DNA from: a virus
Lineage: Duplodnaviria > Caudoviricetes
Length of the DNA stretch: 64,000 bases
Direction: 5' to 3' (one strand)
Virus record (IMG/VR): IMGVR_UViG_3300028380_000482
Location: 43,564 to 107,563 of that record
This document shows, piece by piece, positions 48,001 to 56,862 of this stretch. Each line of letters starts with the position of its first letter. Position 1 is the stretch's first letter. The notes beneath the pieces are model-generated. The model was not told where the DNA came from. It searched no databases and saw nothing but the letters and a program-made list of their open reading frames with translations. The position numbers were made by a program, and so were the translations under genes.

Positions 48001-48309
48001 CTAGCGCAAGACCAGATATTTCCAGGCGCCCGAAGCGAGATCGAGCAACCCGCCGGATTCATTCTGGACGCGAATCGAAATCACGTTGGCAGCTTTGACA
48101 TAGCCAGTGACCACGACGCCCGCCAAATTATACGGCGCCGAGACGAGGACGAAGTCTCCAAAAGCCGCCCCCGTAGCGGGAATATCTGCTGAGGTTTCAC
48201 CGACTCCATCGGCGAGACTGGATGGGTCATAGGTCGCGGTGCCTTTGGCGATCACCGCCAAGCTGCCGTTGCCGAGTTGGGCACGTCCGCGTGTATAGAG
48301 ACTACTCAC
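48001..48309 (-). CDS. small virion protein
   Basis: SLADG...GAAFGDFVLVS domain seen in fibre C-termini; GAAGGAGG RBS. Confidence 0.6.
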   Translation of the reverse strand: MSSLYTRGRAQLGNGSLAVIAKGTATYDPSSLADGVGETSADIPATGAAFGDFVLVSAPYNLAGVVVTGYVKAANVISIRVQNESGGLLDLASGAWKYLVLR

Positions 48310-48331
48310 GAGTCACCTCCTTCAGGTGATA

Positions 48332-48610
48332 TTATTTTCTCCGGTCCTGCTGACGGACCTCTTGCGGGTGCGCCGCCCGGACGGGCGTCTTGCCTTCCGT
48401 CCGTTTGACCTCCGTATCCGCTCGAATGGCGTCAGCCTCAGGCCGGTCGATCACCGGCAGCAAGTAGCCTTGCCGATGGAGGGCGGCGATATTGTTCACC
48501 GGATATTCACTTGCAGTGAGTATCGTGCCAATAGGCAACAACGCTCCCTCAGCAGCGGGAATCGCTTTGGCGACGAGATAGAAGGTAAAGCCGGGCGCGC
48601 GCATAGACAT
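48332..48610 (-). CDS. hypothetical protein after the capsid gene
   Basis: GGGAGA RBS; position. Confidence 0.55.
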   Translation of the reverse strand: MSMRAPGFTFYLVAKAIPAAEGALLPIGTILTASEYPVNNIAALHRQGYLLPVIDRPEADAIRADTEVKRTEGKTPVRAAHPQEVRQQDRRK

Positions 48611-48621
48611 CTCCCTGAGGG

Positions 48622-49581
48622 CTAGGCAACAGCATTCTCAAAAAAGTAGCCGACATCCGGCGCGACGACTTTGTTGTCCCACGCCATTTCGATTTCCAGC
48701 CGGTCACTCTTGATTTCGGGAATGTAGAAGCGCGTCACGCCGACATTGAGTCCTAATCCTTGCGAGACGCCTTGCCACATGAAGGTATAACCGCCGCTTG
48801 GGGTATCGAGCGCGGGCGTCGGTGAGGCATACACCACCAGGGCGTGCTTGCCTTGGATGAAGTCATAGTTCGGGGACCCGCCTTCCACGTTCGTGGCTTT
48901 GACGGCACCGGAGACCAACACCCGATCAATGCCGAGGATGTTCGCCATCATCTCTTCCGGCAGAATGCGCGTAGTCGTGGTGCTAATACGGTCGATAAAC
49001 TGCGGATGATCTTGGAGGATATTCCACACGTCCCACCCGAGCACGAGGCGATTGGGTTTCATCCCGGAAATCACCATCACTTGCCGGATTGCCGCGCGAA
49101 TATTGGCAATCGGATCACTGCTGGTGTAGTCCGACCATTTGATAAAGTCGGTCGTGCCCGTCTTCGTCGTCCCCCACACACCTGCTTTGAAGTAGTCGTT
49201 GGCAAACTGCACTTCTTGTTTGATGAGGCCCATTTGGGTGAGCCAAGTCGTTGCATTGCGGTCCGGGTCATTGGGCGGCATCGACGCGGCACGGGTCTGA
49301 TGGTCGATGTCCTTATGCAAAGCAAACACATCGACGGAATAGCCGTCCGTGGATTCCCGGTAGCCCGAGCCGGCAGACTCCGTCCCTGGCGGGCGAACCT
49401 GCATCTGGTCGCGCATGAAGTCATTTTTGTCGAAGATAAAGTATTTGCCGGTGGGCCGATCCACCGGCACGACTGGAAAGACTTGGGTCGCAATGAACCC
49501 GGTCTGCATCTGCATGTAGGCCACGGAGATGTTGGTCTGGATTTCGTCGATATACACTTGCCCGATATGTGGTTGCGGCAT
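48622..49581 (-). CDS. major capsid protein (lambda E-like HK97 fold)
   Basis: TNISVAY...FIATQVFPVVPV; KWSDY..SDPI; KPNRLVLG. Confidence 0.9.
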   Translation of the reverse strand: MPQPHIGQVYIDEIQTNISVAYMQMQTGFIATQVFPVVPVDRPTGKYFIFDKNDFMRDQMQVRPPGTESAGSGYRESTDGYSVDVFALHKDIDHQTRAASMPPNDPDRNATTWLTQMGLIKQEVQFANDYFKAGVWGTTKTGTTDFIKWSDYTSSDPIANIRAAIRQVMVISGMKPNRLVLGWDVWNILQDHPQFIDRISTTTTRILPEEMMANILGIDRVLVSGAVKATNVEGGSPNYDFIQGKHALVVYASPTPALDTPSGGYTFMWQGVSQGLGLNVGVTRFYIPEIKSDRLEIEMAWDNKVVAPDVGYFFENAVA

Positions 49582-49627
49582 GATGTAGGTTCCTCAAGAA
49601 GATGTCGCACCCACCGGCAGTGCATAG

Positions 49628-49701
49628 CCGAGAAGAAAATTCGCGGGCCGACGCGGGCTCGGTGCTCCCCGCGTATTCGGTAGCGAGCCTAGACCCGCGA
49701 A
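49628..49701 (-). ncRNA. UA/GAA three-way-junction leader motif, copy 3
   Basis: UUCGCGGGUC-UA-GG(loop)CC-GAA-U-ACGCGGG(GAGCACCGAG)CCCGCGU-C-GGCCCGCGAA; loop CCGAG can pair with downstream CUCGG. Confidence 0.6.
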
Positions 49702-49709
49702 ACTTTTTG

Positions 49710-50105
49710 TTACGTCGCCCGATGGACCGAGCCTGCTTCAATCGAGACCGTCGCAAACTCGTTGGCGTTCGACACCCCCTCGACCACGCGTCCACAGACA
49801 TAGTGCGTCGTATCGGTGCCAGGGACTTTGACAGCGCCGCGCCCATCGGCAGCAGTGCCATAATGCGTCCCTTGCGCCATTGCGGCGCTCGCAATCAGTT
49901 TCGACATGCCATCAAAACAGACCGTCGCCCCTTGTCCCGCGAGCGGGGCATTCTGGAGGATGCCACACGGAGGGTCAGTGAGGGCGGCACACAGGATTAC
50001 GGTGTTATTGGTCCCGCTCCACTTCACCAGCTTATATTGATGGGCACTGAGGTCCGCTCCAGCGATGGTCCCGGCATAACACGTCATGACTGCTTCGTAG
50101 GCCAT
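49710..50105 (-). CDS. capsid decoration/cement protein
   Basis: AGADLSAHQYKLVK...GILQNAP..G. Confidence 0.8.
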   Translation of the reverse strand: MAYEAVMTCYAGTIAGADLSAHQYKLVKWSGTNNTVILCAALTDPPCGILQNAPLAGQGATVCFDGMSKLIASAAMAQGTHYGTAADGRGAVKVPGTDTTHYVCGRVVEGVSNANEFATVSIEAGSVHRAT

Positions 50106-50134
50106 ACTCGTCTCCTTACGTATAACTAAGTGTT

Positions 50135-51538
50135 CTAGTGACCGAACGACCGATTCCGCAGTTCGGCGGTATAGCGTGCGGCCAGCTCCGGGTCCGCCTT
50201 CGTTACCATATCAATGGCAATTGGCTTTGAGGTCGCTTTCCCCTCTTTCACCAACTGTTCGGCCCGTGCCATCAACTGGCCGTAGGCGCTGGCATCGCCG
50301 GTCACCATCTCTGAGCCGCCGATTTCTTTGAACAGGTTGCTGGTCTTCAGTTGCTCGTTGGCCGCCTTGAACGCCGTCACAACGAGGGCGGCTTCCTCTT
50401 TGGTAAGCGTAAGCGGCGTCTCGCGTTTGCTATCCAGTTTCCACAGCAACACGCCTTTGACGGTCGGGGTTCCCTGAATATGGGACAGGTCGTTTTTGGC
50501 GAGGGTGACGAACTCCACTTGCTCACGCCGATCCTGTTCAGCTTTCGCCATTGCGACGGCCTCGCCTGCGGTCTTGGTGGCTTCCGCTGCTTCTTTGCGC
50601 GCACTCTCAGCGTCAGCCTGGGCTTTCTCCACATAGGCACGGGCTTCCGGCGAGAGACTCTTTAGTACGTCGTCCGCAGATTTTGCGGTTGCCTGATGCG
50701 GGGTCGGCGGCGCAGGGGGTGGGGTCGGTGCAGGCGGCGGCGTCGGATGAGGAGCGGGAGGAGTCGGATCTTGCGGATCGGCAGCCGTGAGTTTTTTTTC
50801 ATCAGGGGGCATAGTGTCATCTCCTTTTGCTTGCACCGTTTTTGCTGGTGGCATGGGACGGGGCATAGTCTTATCGTCTTGGTAGTCCGGCTCTTGTTCC
50901 CGGATCATGGCCTTCAGCGTTTCGAGCATCCGTTTCATTTCGGCCATACGGGACGTGCTAATTTTACGACCGGCCTTCGTCATCTCGTCAGACTTCCCGC
51001 TTTTGAAGTCCGCCACACACTGGTTGACGGCCTCGGTGAACTGCCCGATGGATTGCTGCACCATCGCCGGACGATTGGCGCTGCTATCATTCATGATCGA
51101 GGACATCGATTCTTGAAACGCGCCGTAAATATCCATGAGCTGGTAGCTCATGCGGCGCATGGCTTTTTCTTCCATCACGTCATCGAAGGTTTCAGCCTTG
51201 GGGCTCTCGCCATAATCTTTCTCAATATCAGTAGCTATCTGTGTGGTGTCCTCAGCGGACCAGCCGAGTTTTTTGCCTACCGCAGCGAGCAGCAGGCGCG
51301 GCCATGAGGAAGACTCAGTGCGCTCAGGAGGTGATGATGAGTCGGTCCCCCCAACAGAGGGGGTAAACTCGGCTGGTCCAGCGGAGCTTTTGGGGGGCGT
51401 CGCGTCGGATGCCCCCGCACGAGGAGAGTCCTCTGGCGAGGTCTCCTTCTTGAACAAGAAAATTTTCGCGCTTTTATTCGCGGGCGAAGACACAAAGCTA
51501 CCTTCGTTGACTTCGAGGTCAGTGAGTTGATTAGGCAC
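50135..51538 (-). CDS. scaffold protein (protease-associated N-terminus)
   Basis: GTG start with GGAGG RBS; LTDLEVNEGSFVSSPAN; coiled coil; ends FKEIG...PELAARY. Confidence 0.75.
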   Translation of the reverse strand: MPNQLTDLEVNEGSFVSSPANKSAKIFLFKKETSPEDSPRAGASDATPPKSSAGPAEFTPSVGGTDSSSPPERTESSSWPRLLLAAVGKKLGWSAEDTTQIATDIEKDYGESPKAETFDDVMEEKAMRRMSYQLMDIYGAFQESMSSIMNDSSANRPAMVQQSIGQFTEAVNQCVADFKSGKSDEMTKAGRKISTSRMAEMKRMLETLKAMIREQEPDYQDDKTMPRPMPPAKTVQAKGDDTMPPDEKKLTAADPQDPTPPAPHPTPPPAPTPPPAPPTPHQATAKSADDVLKSLSPEARAYVEKAQADAESARKEAAEATKTAGEAVAMAKAEQDRREQVEFVTLAKNDLSHIQGTPTVKGVLLWKLDSKRETPLTLTKEEAALVVTAFKAANEQLKTSNLFKEIGGSEMVTGDASAYGQLMARAEQLVKEGKATSKPIAIDMVTKADPELAARYTAELRNRSFGH

Positions 51539-51941
51539 TTGTGGGTATCCTCCGCCCGGTTCCACCGATAGAGAACGCGGAATACTCGCCGCTCTTGATG
51601 CGGCTCCAGGTCTCATCGTCGTCGACTTTGTAGCCGACCCACCACGCACACTCCGGCAGAATGCCAGGGGCGATCCCGAGGGCGGCGGCTTTCTCTTTGG
51701 TGAAGCACATGGACTCCACGAGTCTTCCGACGCCAACCCGCTGATGCATGTCGCCTGCGTTTCTCGCAAACAAGTTATAGTTGTAGACCGCCTTCTCTAA
51801 TTCTTCGGGTTCGATGTAGTCATCCTGGGCATCGACGATGAGATGCCCGTGTTCATCTTTGGAGACGGAGAGGAAGCCGAACACGAGCCGTTGGTCGGTA
51901 TCGACTTTTTTGACGGTCAGTGGAAGTTCCCAAGTTGCCAA
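51531..51941 (-). CDS. XkdF-like prohead serine protease
   Basis: QRLVFGF, DAQDD, GDMH, IKSGEYSAFSIGG. Confidence 0.85.
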   Translation of the reverse strand: MATWELPLTVKKVDTDQRLVFGFLSVSKDEHGHLIVDAQDDYIEPEELEKAVYNYNLFARNAGDMHQRVGVGRLVESMCFTKEKAAALGIAPGILPECAWWVGYKVDDDETWSRIKSGEYSAFSIGGTGRRIPTSA

Positions 51942-51964
51942 GCGAGGTCCCCCAAACGAATAAC

Positions 51965-52013
51965 AAAAAAGCCGCGCCCCAAAAGTAACGAGTGGTTACT
52001 CTGGAACGCGGCT
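51965..52013 (-). terminator. intrinsic terminator in the leader of the head genes
   Basis: AGCCGCG...long stem...CGCGGCT followed by a T run. Confidence 0.55.
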
Positions 52014-52090
52014 CATAAACTTGCGCCGCGAATCTCACACCCGCTGTGTGAGTGAGACGTGACTACAAACGATGTCTCTATGTCTGATTT

Positions 52091-52119
52091 ACGCTACAGA
52101 ACAGGACGCTGACTTTCAA
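52091..52119 (-). promoter_or_regulatory. sigma70-like promoter upstream of the head genes
   Basis: TTGAAA-17-TAGCGT. Confidence 0.45.
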
Positions 52120-52148
52120 GAGGCTTTCCCCTCCGACTGCGAGTCGTG

Positions 52149-52541
52149 TCACTTGCGCGCGCGGTCTTCGAGTATCTGCGCCCGAATCCGTTCTTTCTCT
52201 GACAATGAATCTTTTCCAAGGAACGCCACACCAAAGGGAATCGGCTGGCCGTCTTTCGTTATTCCTTCGGCGATGGCGGAGGCGCTCTCACTAGGGACAG
52301 GCAAATCGACGATTCTGAGAATGGCTCTAGTCGGGATAGTCATATCACCGCAGCCTTGCTGCTTCATGTGTTCCTGCGTCGGGAAGGTCAGATGTGGAAC
52401 CACGACTTTGCATTGATCAGTGTCGTGCAAGAGCCAGCCTACCGAGCGACAAAAGAGCGGGGCTGGTGCAGGAACAGCAATATCTTCCCACTGTGACGAA
52501 CAGCCAAATGAATCAAGCCATTCAATGAATACGAGACGCAC
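52149..52541 (-). CDS. conserved phage hypothetical protein
   Basis: VFIEWLDS...W...CRSVGWLL...IP pattern. Confidence 0.7.
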   Translation of the reverse strand: MRLVFIEWLDSFGCSSQWEDIAVPAPAPLFCRSVGWLLHDTDQCKVVVPHLTFPTQEHMKQQGCGDMTIPTRAILRIVDLPVPSESASAIAEGITKDGQPIPFGVAFLGKDSLSEKERIRAQILEDRARK

Positions 52542-52550
52542 GAGAGTATC

Positions 52551-52961
52551 CTATGGACGGCGGCCTTGTTCTTGCGGTTTCGGGGCTTCGCCTGGCTTCT
52601 TCGTCTCGGTGCTGGCCTTCTCTACGGCCTCAATTCCCGCCTTCACTTCTTCACCGTGCTTCTTCAGCGCTTCACGGGCCTCGGGCGTCATTTCCACTTT
52701 GGGCTTCTCGGGAAAGCCGGACTCAATCAGACGGCTGAGACTATCGCGCGCGCTGGTGATCTTTCCTTCCATACTCTCCTGCTGATGTACGGCCTCTTCG
52801 ATGGACGCCTGGGCTTGTTTTTTGGGATCTTCAGCGGGCTGCACCTCTTCCGTTTTGAGAGCTGCCAGCGCCTTTTTCATCCCTGCGGCTTCCTTCTGTG
52901 TTTCGGTGAGTTGTTGCGTGAGGAAATCGCGGACGCCCGTGAGGTCGTGTGCTTGTGCCAT
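52551..52961 (-). CDS. coiled-coil hypothetical protein
   Basis: AAGGAG RBS. Confidence 0.65.
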   Translation of the reverse strand: MAQAHDLTGVRDFLTQQLTETQKEAAGMKKALAALKTEEVQPAEDPKKQAQASIEEAVHQQESMEGKITSARDSLSRLIESGFPEKPKVEMTPEAREALKKHGEEVKAGIEAVEKASTETKKPGEAPKPQEQGRRP

Positions 52962-53012
52962 GAGATACTCCTTTAAGAACAATAAGTGAAGTTGGAGCCC
53001 GATAGTGGTAGG

Positions 53013-53222
53013 CTACCCTACACGGCGTCTCTTTTCAATTGCGATGGCGGCGGTTGATTTACGAAAGCCAAGGTCAGGCGTCAACACGATGTCTGAAATA
53101 TCCTGATCTTCGTTGAACCGGAGCACGAGCCGCAAGCCACGGAGCGAGGGCTTATTCAAGAGATCGTAATAATCCCCGAGATGGGCATTGATCGCATCGC
53201 TGATGTCTTTGGCTTGTGACAT
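53013..53222 (-). CDS. hypothetical protein
   Basis: Tightly packed in the operon; start trimmed. Confidence 0.5.
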   Translation of the reverse strand: MSQAKDISDAINAHLGDYYDLLNKPSLRGLRLVLRFNEDQDISDIVLTPDLGFRKSTAAIAIEKRRRVG

Positions 53223-53224
53223 TA

Positions 53225-53617
53225 TTATGAACCAATTCCCAAGTCCGTTTGCAATTCCTCGGAACACGAAGACAGCACGAGCGTATCAGACAGCGCAACC
53301 AACACCGCAAACCGTTGGAACCAGACGCCGGGCGGCTCCCCGAGTTTTTGCAGTTCTTGCACGAGCCCCTCGCCACAGAGGATTTGTTTGGTGTTCCCTA
53401 AAAATTCTAAGGTTGCTACTGTTTGGTGTAACACAAAGCGGGACGCGAAAAAAAGAGAGCGGGACGTGGGCACGTCTACCACCACACCGAAGAAGTGCGG
53501 TTTCACGGGTTCATTCTGGTGGTTCATGGTTTTGACGAACTTCCAATCGCGAATCTGGCCAAGATAGCCCCAGGTCTCCTCGGGGTCGTGAGAGTAAGCA
53601 AAAAGGTGGTCAGTCAC
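53225..53617 (-). CDS. hypothetical protein
   Basis: GTGA coupling to the upstream gene. Confidence 0.55.
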   Translation of the reverse strand: MTDHLFAYSHDPEETWGYLGQIRDWKFVKTMNHQNEPVKPHFFGVVVDVPTSRSLFFASRFVLHQTVATLEFLGNTKQILCGEGLVQELQKLGEPPGVWFQRFAVLVALSDTLVLSSCSEELQTDLGIGS

Positions 53618-53970
53618 GCGTGTTCACATACGGTATGCCCACAGGACGGGCACTGGGGCGTGACTTCCGCATAGCGCAGCCCATGTCGGTACACCGCGCC
53701 GTGCCTCCTCGCCGCCCTGAATTCTAATAACCACAGACATGCTTGTAACATCCACGTAATCAATAGATTTTCGAAGCAATCTTTTTGTCCTCGCAAATAC
53801 CGCACCCGATCGAGACAGGCGCGGAGGACACTTTGCAAGTTTGTTCCAGGAGAGGTTGTGGTATTGCCGGGATACCCAGGCCCGGTCCGCTTGACGAACT
53901 GCAACACACGAGTTTCATTCCCGTCGAGACACAACAGACTATACGCGTGTCCCGGATCAAGGATGACCAT
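53614..53970 (-). CDS. Tad1/Acb2-like cyclic-nucleotide sponge protein (putative anti-defence)
   Basis: GHAY...LQFVK...GTNLQSVLRACLDRVRYL...CFEN...LWLLEFRAARR parallels the Tad1 pattern H.Y, I.FQK, G....LL...DRL, REN, ALMW..R..DR. Confidence 0.55.
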   Translation of the reverse strand: MVILDPGHAYSLLCLDGNETRVLQFVKRTGPGYPGNTTTSPGTNLQSVLRACLDRVRYLRGQKDCFENLLITWMLQACLWLLEFRAARRHGAVYRHGLRYAEVTPQCPSCGHTVCEHA

Positions 53971-53987
53971 TTACGCAGATGTCCCCA

Positions 53988-54725
53988 CTACGACTTACTC
54001 CGATCTTTCTGGAGTTCGCGATACTTCCACATAGGAATAGGAACGGGCTGTGCATCTGGGTATATCTTTCGAATTTCCTCTAGTGAGGGACGGAATACAG
54101 CAGGAGATTTTTCGAGCTGATTGAGAAAATGATTGACGATATCAGGCGGCGCCCCGCAGGGTGGCATCGCAACCGGCTTAGGCGGTTGCCACAGTGAGGC
54201 TTGCAGATCGTTCTTTTCCTTCGCTTCCGTCGTCTGAATCTCTATCTCATAGGCATAGCGCACAATAGACACAGCGGCTTGGAATCGGCGCAATGTAGTC
54301 TCAGAATGGGCCAGTCGGACCCGATCGGTAAGCTTCGCGAGTAGGGTATCGGCCTCAGCCCGCAAGATAGGCGATTCTAGTTGTGGCGCGGGCATAATCC
54401 GACCAAATGAGATATGTCGAGCCGGAAAAGTACGGACCGCAATTATACGCGTCGGCTCAGGGAGCGTGGTAAGAGTCGCCGCTTTCGGTTGGTGAACAAG
54501 GGAATGCGTCGGAATGTCCTGCGTTTCTTTCCACCAGCCTTTAGCCTTCATGCGTTCGTAGAAGGTGGTCGGGGTATGCCGATTGAGTTCCGTCGCAGGA
54601 AACTGAATCGCCGGATCGGAGGAATTGCGAAAGAACACGCCAGTATCAGACTGGTACTCGAACCCAAGGCCGTCGAGCAGCATTTGCGAGACTGACGCGA
54701 ATCTATTTGGATTAAACACAGCCAT
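53988..54725 (-). CDS. hypothetical protein
   Basis: AGAGGT RBS before MAVFNPNRF. Confidence 0.6.
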   Translation of the reverse strand: MAVFNPNRFASVSQMLLDGLGFEYQSDTGVFFRNSSDPAIQFPATELNRHTPTTFYERMKAKGWWKETQDIPTHSLVHQPKAATLTTLPEPTRIIAVRTFPARHISFGRIMPAPQLESPILRAEADTLLAKLTDRVRLAHSETTLRRFQAAVSIVRYAYEIEIQTTEAKEKNDLQASLWQPPKPVAMPPCGAPPDIVNHFLNQLEKSPAVFRPSLEEIRKIYPDAQPVPIPMWKYRELQKDRSKS

Positions 54726-55090
54726 GTTGCCTACCTCTCTTCTGAAAAAGTATTGTACTAAATCGGCCTTGGATAAAAAAGGCAGAAGCTGTATAGTGGC
54801 CCTCACAGACGCTAGAACTCGGTCCTATATGGTTTCAGCCGCCGATTCTCCTGCCTGTTCACAGTCTTAGCTCAATCACGCCCTTCAATTCTCCCCTGCT
54901 TCGCCCCTATATATAGAAATTTCATAGAGGCCCCTCTCAAAATTACACAGACGTGTAATAAAAATGCGAGCGAAGAAGAGTTAATTCCGCAATGATTCCG
55001 CTGGGTTGATACGTGTCTCTATAACTTTTGGGGGATGCCTGTTTGTAACAGTACAATCTCTGCACGCATTATCGGACGTAAGGGGGGTGG

Positions 55091-55134
55091 CAGGTAAAGT
55101 CAGGTAAAGTACACAAATCTGTATTTTACCTGAC
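55091..55134. repeat. direct and inverted repeat (operator-like)
   Basis: CAGGTAAAGT twice; GTCAGGTAAAGTACA (55099-55113) inverted with TGTATTTTACCTGAC (55120-55134), one mismatch. Confidence 0.7.
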
Positions 55135-55157
55135 GAAGGGAAAGAGTTGGGGGAAGG

Positions 55158-55436
55158 TTAGGCTGTGTGACGATCGAGTTCTTTACGAACGAAGCGTGCC
55201 CCTCGGTAGAGTACGGCGCGTTTTAGTTCGTCAAAGGCAGCTTGATCTTGGGCACATAGAGGCTGTGGCGTATGGTGCGGCTTAAGAGGCTGTGGAAAGA
55301 GGCGGTCCATCGTCCGCACTTCATCGGGGGTCAGAGGGACATAGGCAATGTGACCGCCGGTATAGTGGCATTCAGCCTTAAGGACTTTGTTGGCATTCCG
55401 GAAAATGCGCTTGATGGAGTTCTGAACGGGGGTCAT
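55158..55436 (-). CDS. hypothetical protein
   Basis: Start trimmed to MTPVQNS, just after the upstream stop. Confidence 0.5.
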   Translation of the reverse strand: MTPVQNSIKRIFRNANKVLKAECHYTGGHIAYVPLTPDEVRTMDRLFPQPLKPHHTPQPLCAQDQAAFDELKRAVLYRGARFVRKELDRHTA

Positions 55437-55440
55437 AAAA

Positions 55441-55740
55441 TTACTGTAGTCTTTTCTGCTTCTTTTGGGGCGAGCAAAGACCTCTAGGAATTTTCTTATC
55501 CCGGTGTGGCGGAGGCTGAATCCAGAGTTGTTGGATTGCTTTCCCTGGATGCTCGGGGTCTGGTCCGAGATACAAAAAGGAATTTCGTTCGGTATGCGCA
55601 GTTTTATCAATGATGATGGTATGCACCAGAAAAATGTCTTTGTGTGGATCAAGCAGAACCGGAATCGTCCCAGGAAAGCTGATCTTTGTGCATGCGGCAA
55701 TGGCTTGTTCTGTAATACGAGCGGCATCGCTTTTTTTCAT
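55441..55740 (-). CDS. hypothetical protein
   Basis: ATGA-coupled to the Mu-F-like gene (MKKSDAAR). Confidence 0.5.
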   Translation of the reverse strand: MKKSDAARITEQAIAACTKISFPGTIPVLLDPHKDIFLVHTIIIDKTAHTERNSFLYLGPDPEHPGKAIQQLWIQPPPHRDKKIPRGLCSPQKKQKRLQ

Positions 55741-56669
55741 AACACAAGCCTCAGTACGCAAAAACAATTCGGGTGAACAGGCGGCCTTTGTATCTGACGA
55801 TTATCTCCCGTAGTAAAGAAGTCGCCCATAGCCACAGTTTGCTTATGCATAGGGCGACAGATGGGACATGGAGAATCGGCACTTCTTTCTTTTATTGCTG
55901 TCAACCATTGCTTCTTCGTGGTACTGGGTAGCTTGCCCTCCTGTACCGCAGTTTCGAATACAAGGCGCTGGCTTTCGTTTGTAGCGACCATTGCCTCAGT
56001 CCGCGCAATGGTCTCGGCTCGTCGGTTCAGGGCCTTCACGGCCATCCTCGTCACTTTACGGTCTATTCCCGGCTCACCCCTCTTCTCTAGTCGCTCCCGG
56101 TAGCGTGTCAGAGCTAAGGTTTGGCGGTCTGTGAGGCCGATGAGGGGCCTAATCGTCCGAGCAATCACACGGGGATTGTTCCCGGCTTCTATGCCAGTAG
56201 TAAGCACCTGCCGGATGGCTTGCCGGGTTCCTTGGGTAATCTCCACAATCAACTCGCCGCTATGGTTCTGTACCCACTGCACAATCCTTGGATTCACGGA
56301 ACGAGGATCAAACATAATCTTCTTGTTTGCCAGGGTCCCTACGGTTGCGGTGACCGCCCTCAGCGCTAAGGCTGCCAGTTCGCGGGTGAAGGCTTGGAAC
56401 AGACCACCAAAGCGGGTTTGATTGAGGAGGGCGGTTGCTGAAGCAATGTCCCCATTCGTCAGGGCACGGAGCATGTCGGACTGGGTGTAGTCTGCGAGAC
56501 CGTCTATGGCTTCGAGGAATCGGCGTTTGAGCTTAGTCTCGGCGAGGTCAGCAAGGCGGGTGAGCAAGGTCGGAGAAGAACGAGCGGCTTTCTCTAAGAG
56601 AGCCTTCATCACTTCGCCGTGGTCTATGGGCGTGCGATCTTCACGCGGAAAAAGAAGAGTCGAAGGCAT
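55737..56669 (-). CDS. head morphogenesis protein (Mu gpF / SPP1 gp7-like)
   Basis: RAETIARTE, KKQW, CPICRPMH, PPVHPNCFC. Confidence 0.9.
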   Translation of the reverse strand: MPSTLLFPREDRTPIDHGEVMKALLEKAARSSPTLLTRLADLAETKLKRRFLEAIDGLADYTQSDMLRALTNGDIASATALLNQTRFGGLFQAFTRELAALALRAVTATVGTLANKKIMFDPRSVNPRIVQWVQNHSGELIVEITQGTRQAIRQVLTTGIEAGNNPRVIARTIRPLIGLTDRQTLALTRYRERLEKRGEPGIDRKVTRMAVKALNRRAETIARTEAMVATNESQRLVFETAVQEGKLPSTTKKQWLTAIKERSADSPCPICRPMHKQTVAMGDFFTTGDNRQIQRPPVHPNCFCVLRLVL

Positions 56670-56672
56670 CGG

Positions 56673-56843
56673 TTACTTCTTCTTCCGGCTCACCTTGCGC
56701 CCTTGCGCCAGTGCAATGGCTTTCGCCTGAGATGGCTTGGTGACAACAGGGCCAGTCTTTGATCCGCTATGGAGGTCACCCGCATAAAATTCGCGCATCA
56801 CACGGGCGACCTTTTTCGCGCCTTTGGTTTTGGTCTTTGCCAT
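56673..56843 (-). CDS. small basic protein (DUF6496-like)
   Basis: KVARVMREFYAGDLHSGS..GPVVT...QAKAIAL; AAGGAGG RBS. Confidence 0.7.
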   Translation of the reverse strand: MAKTKTKGAKKVARVMREFYAGDLHSGSKTGPVVTKPSQAKAIALAQGRKVSRKKK

Positions 56844-56862
56844 TTTATTCCTCCTTGCTGCA

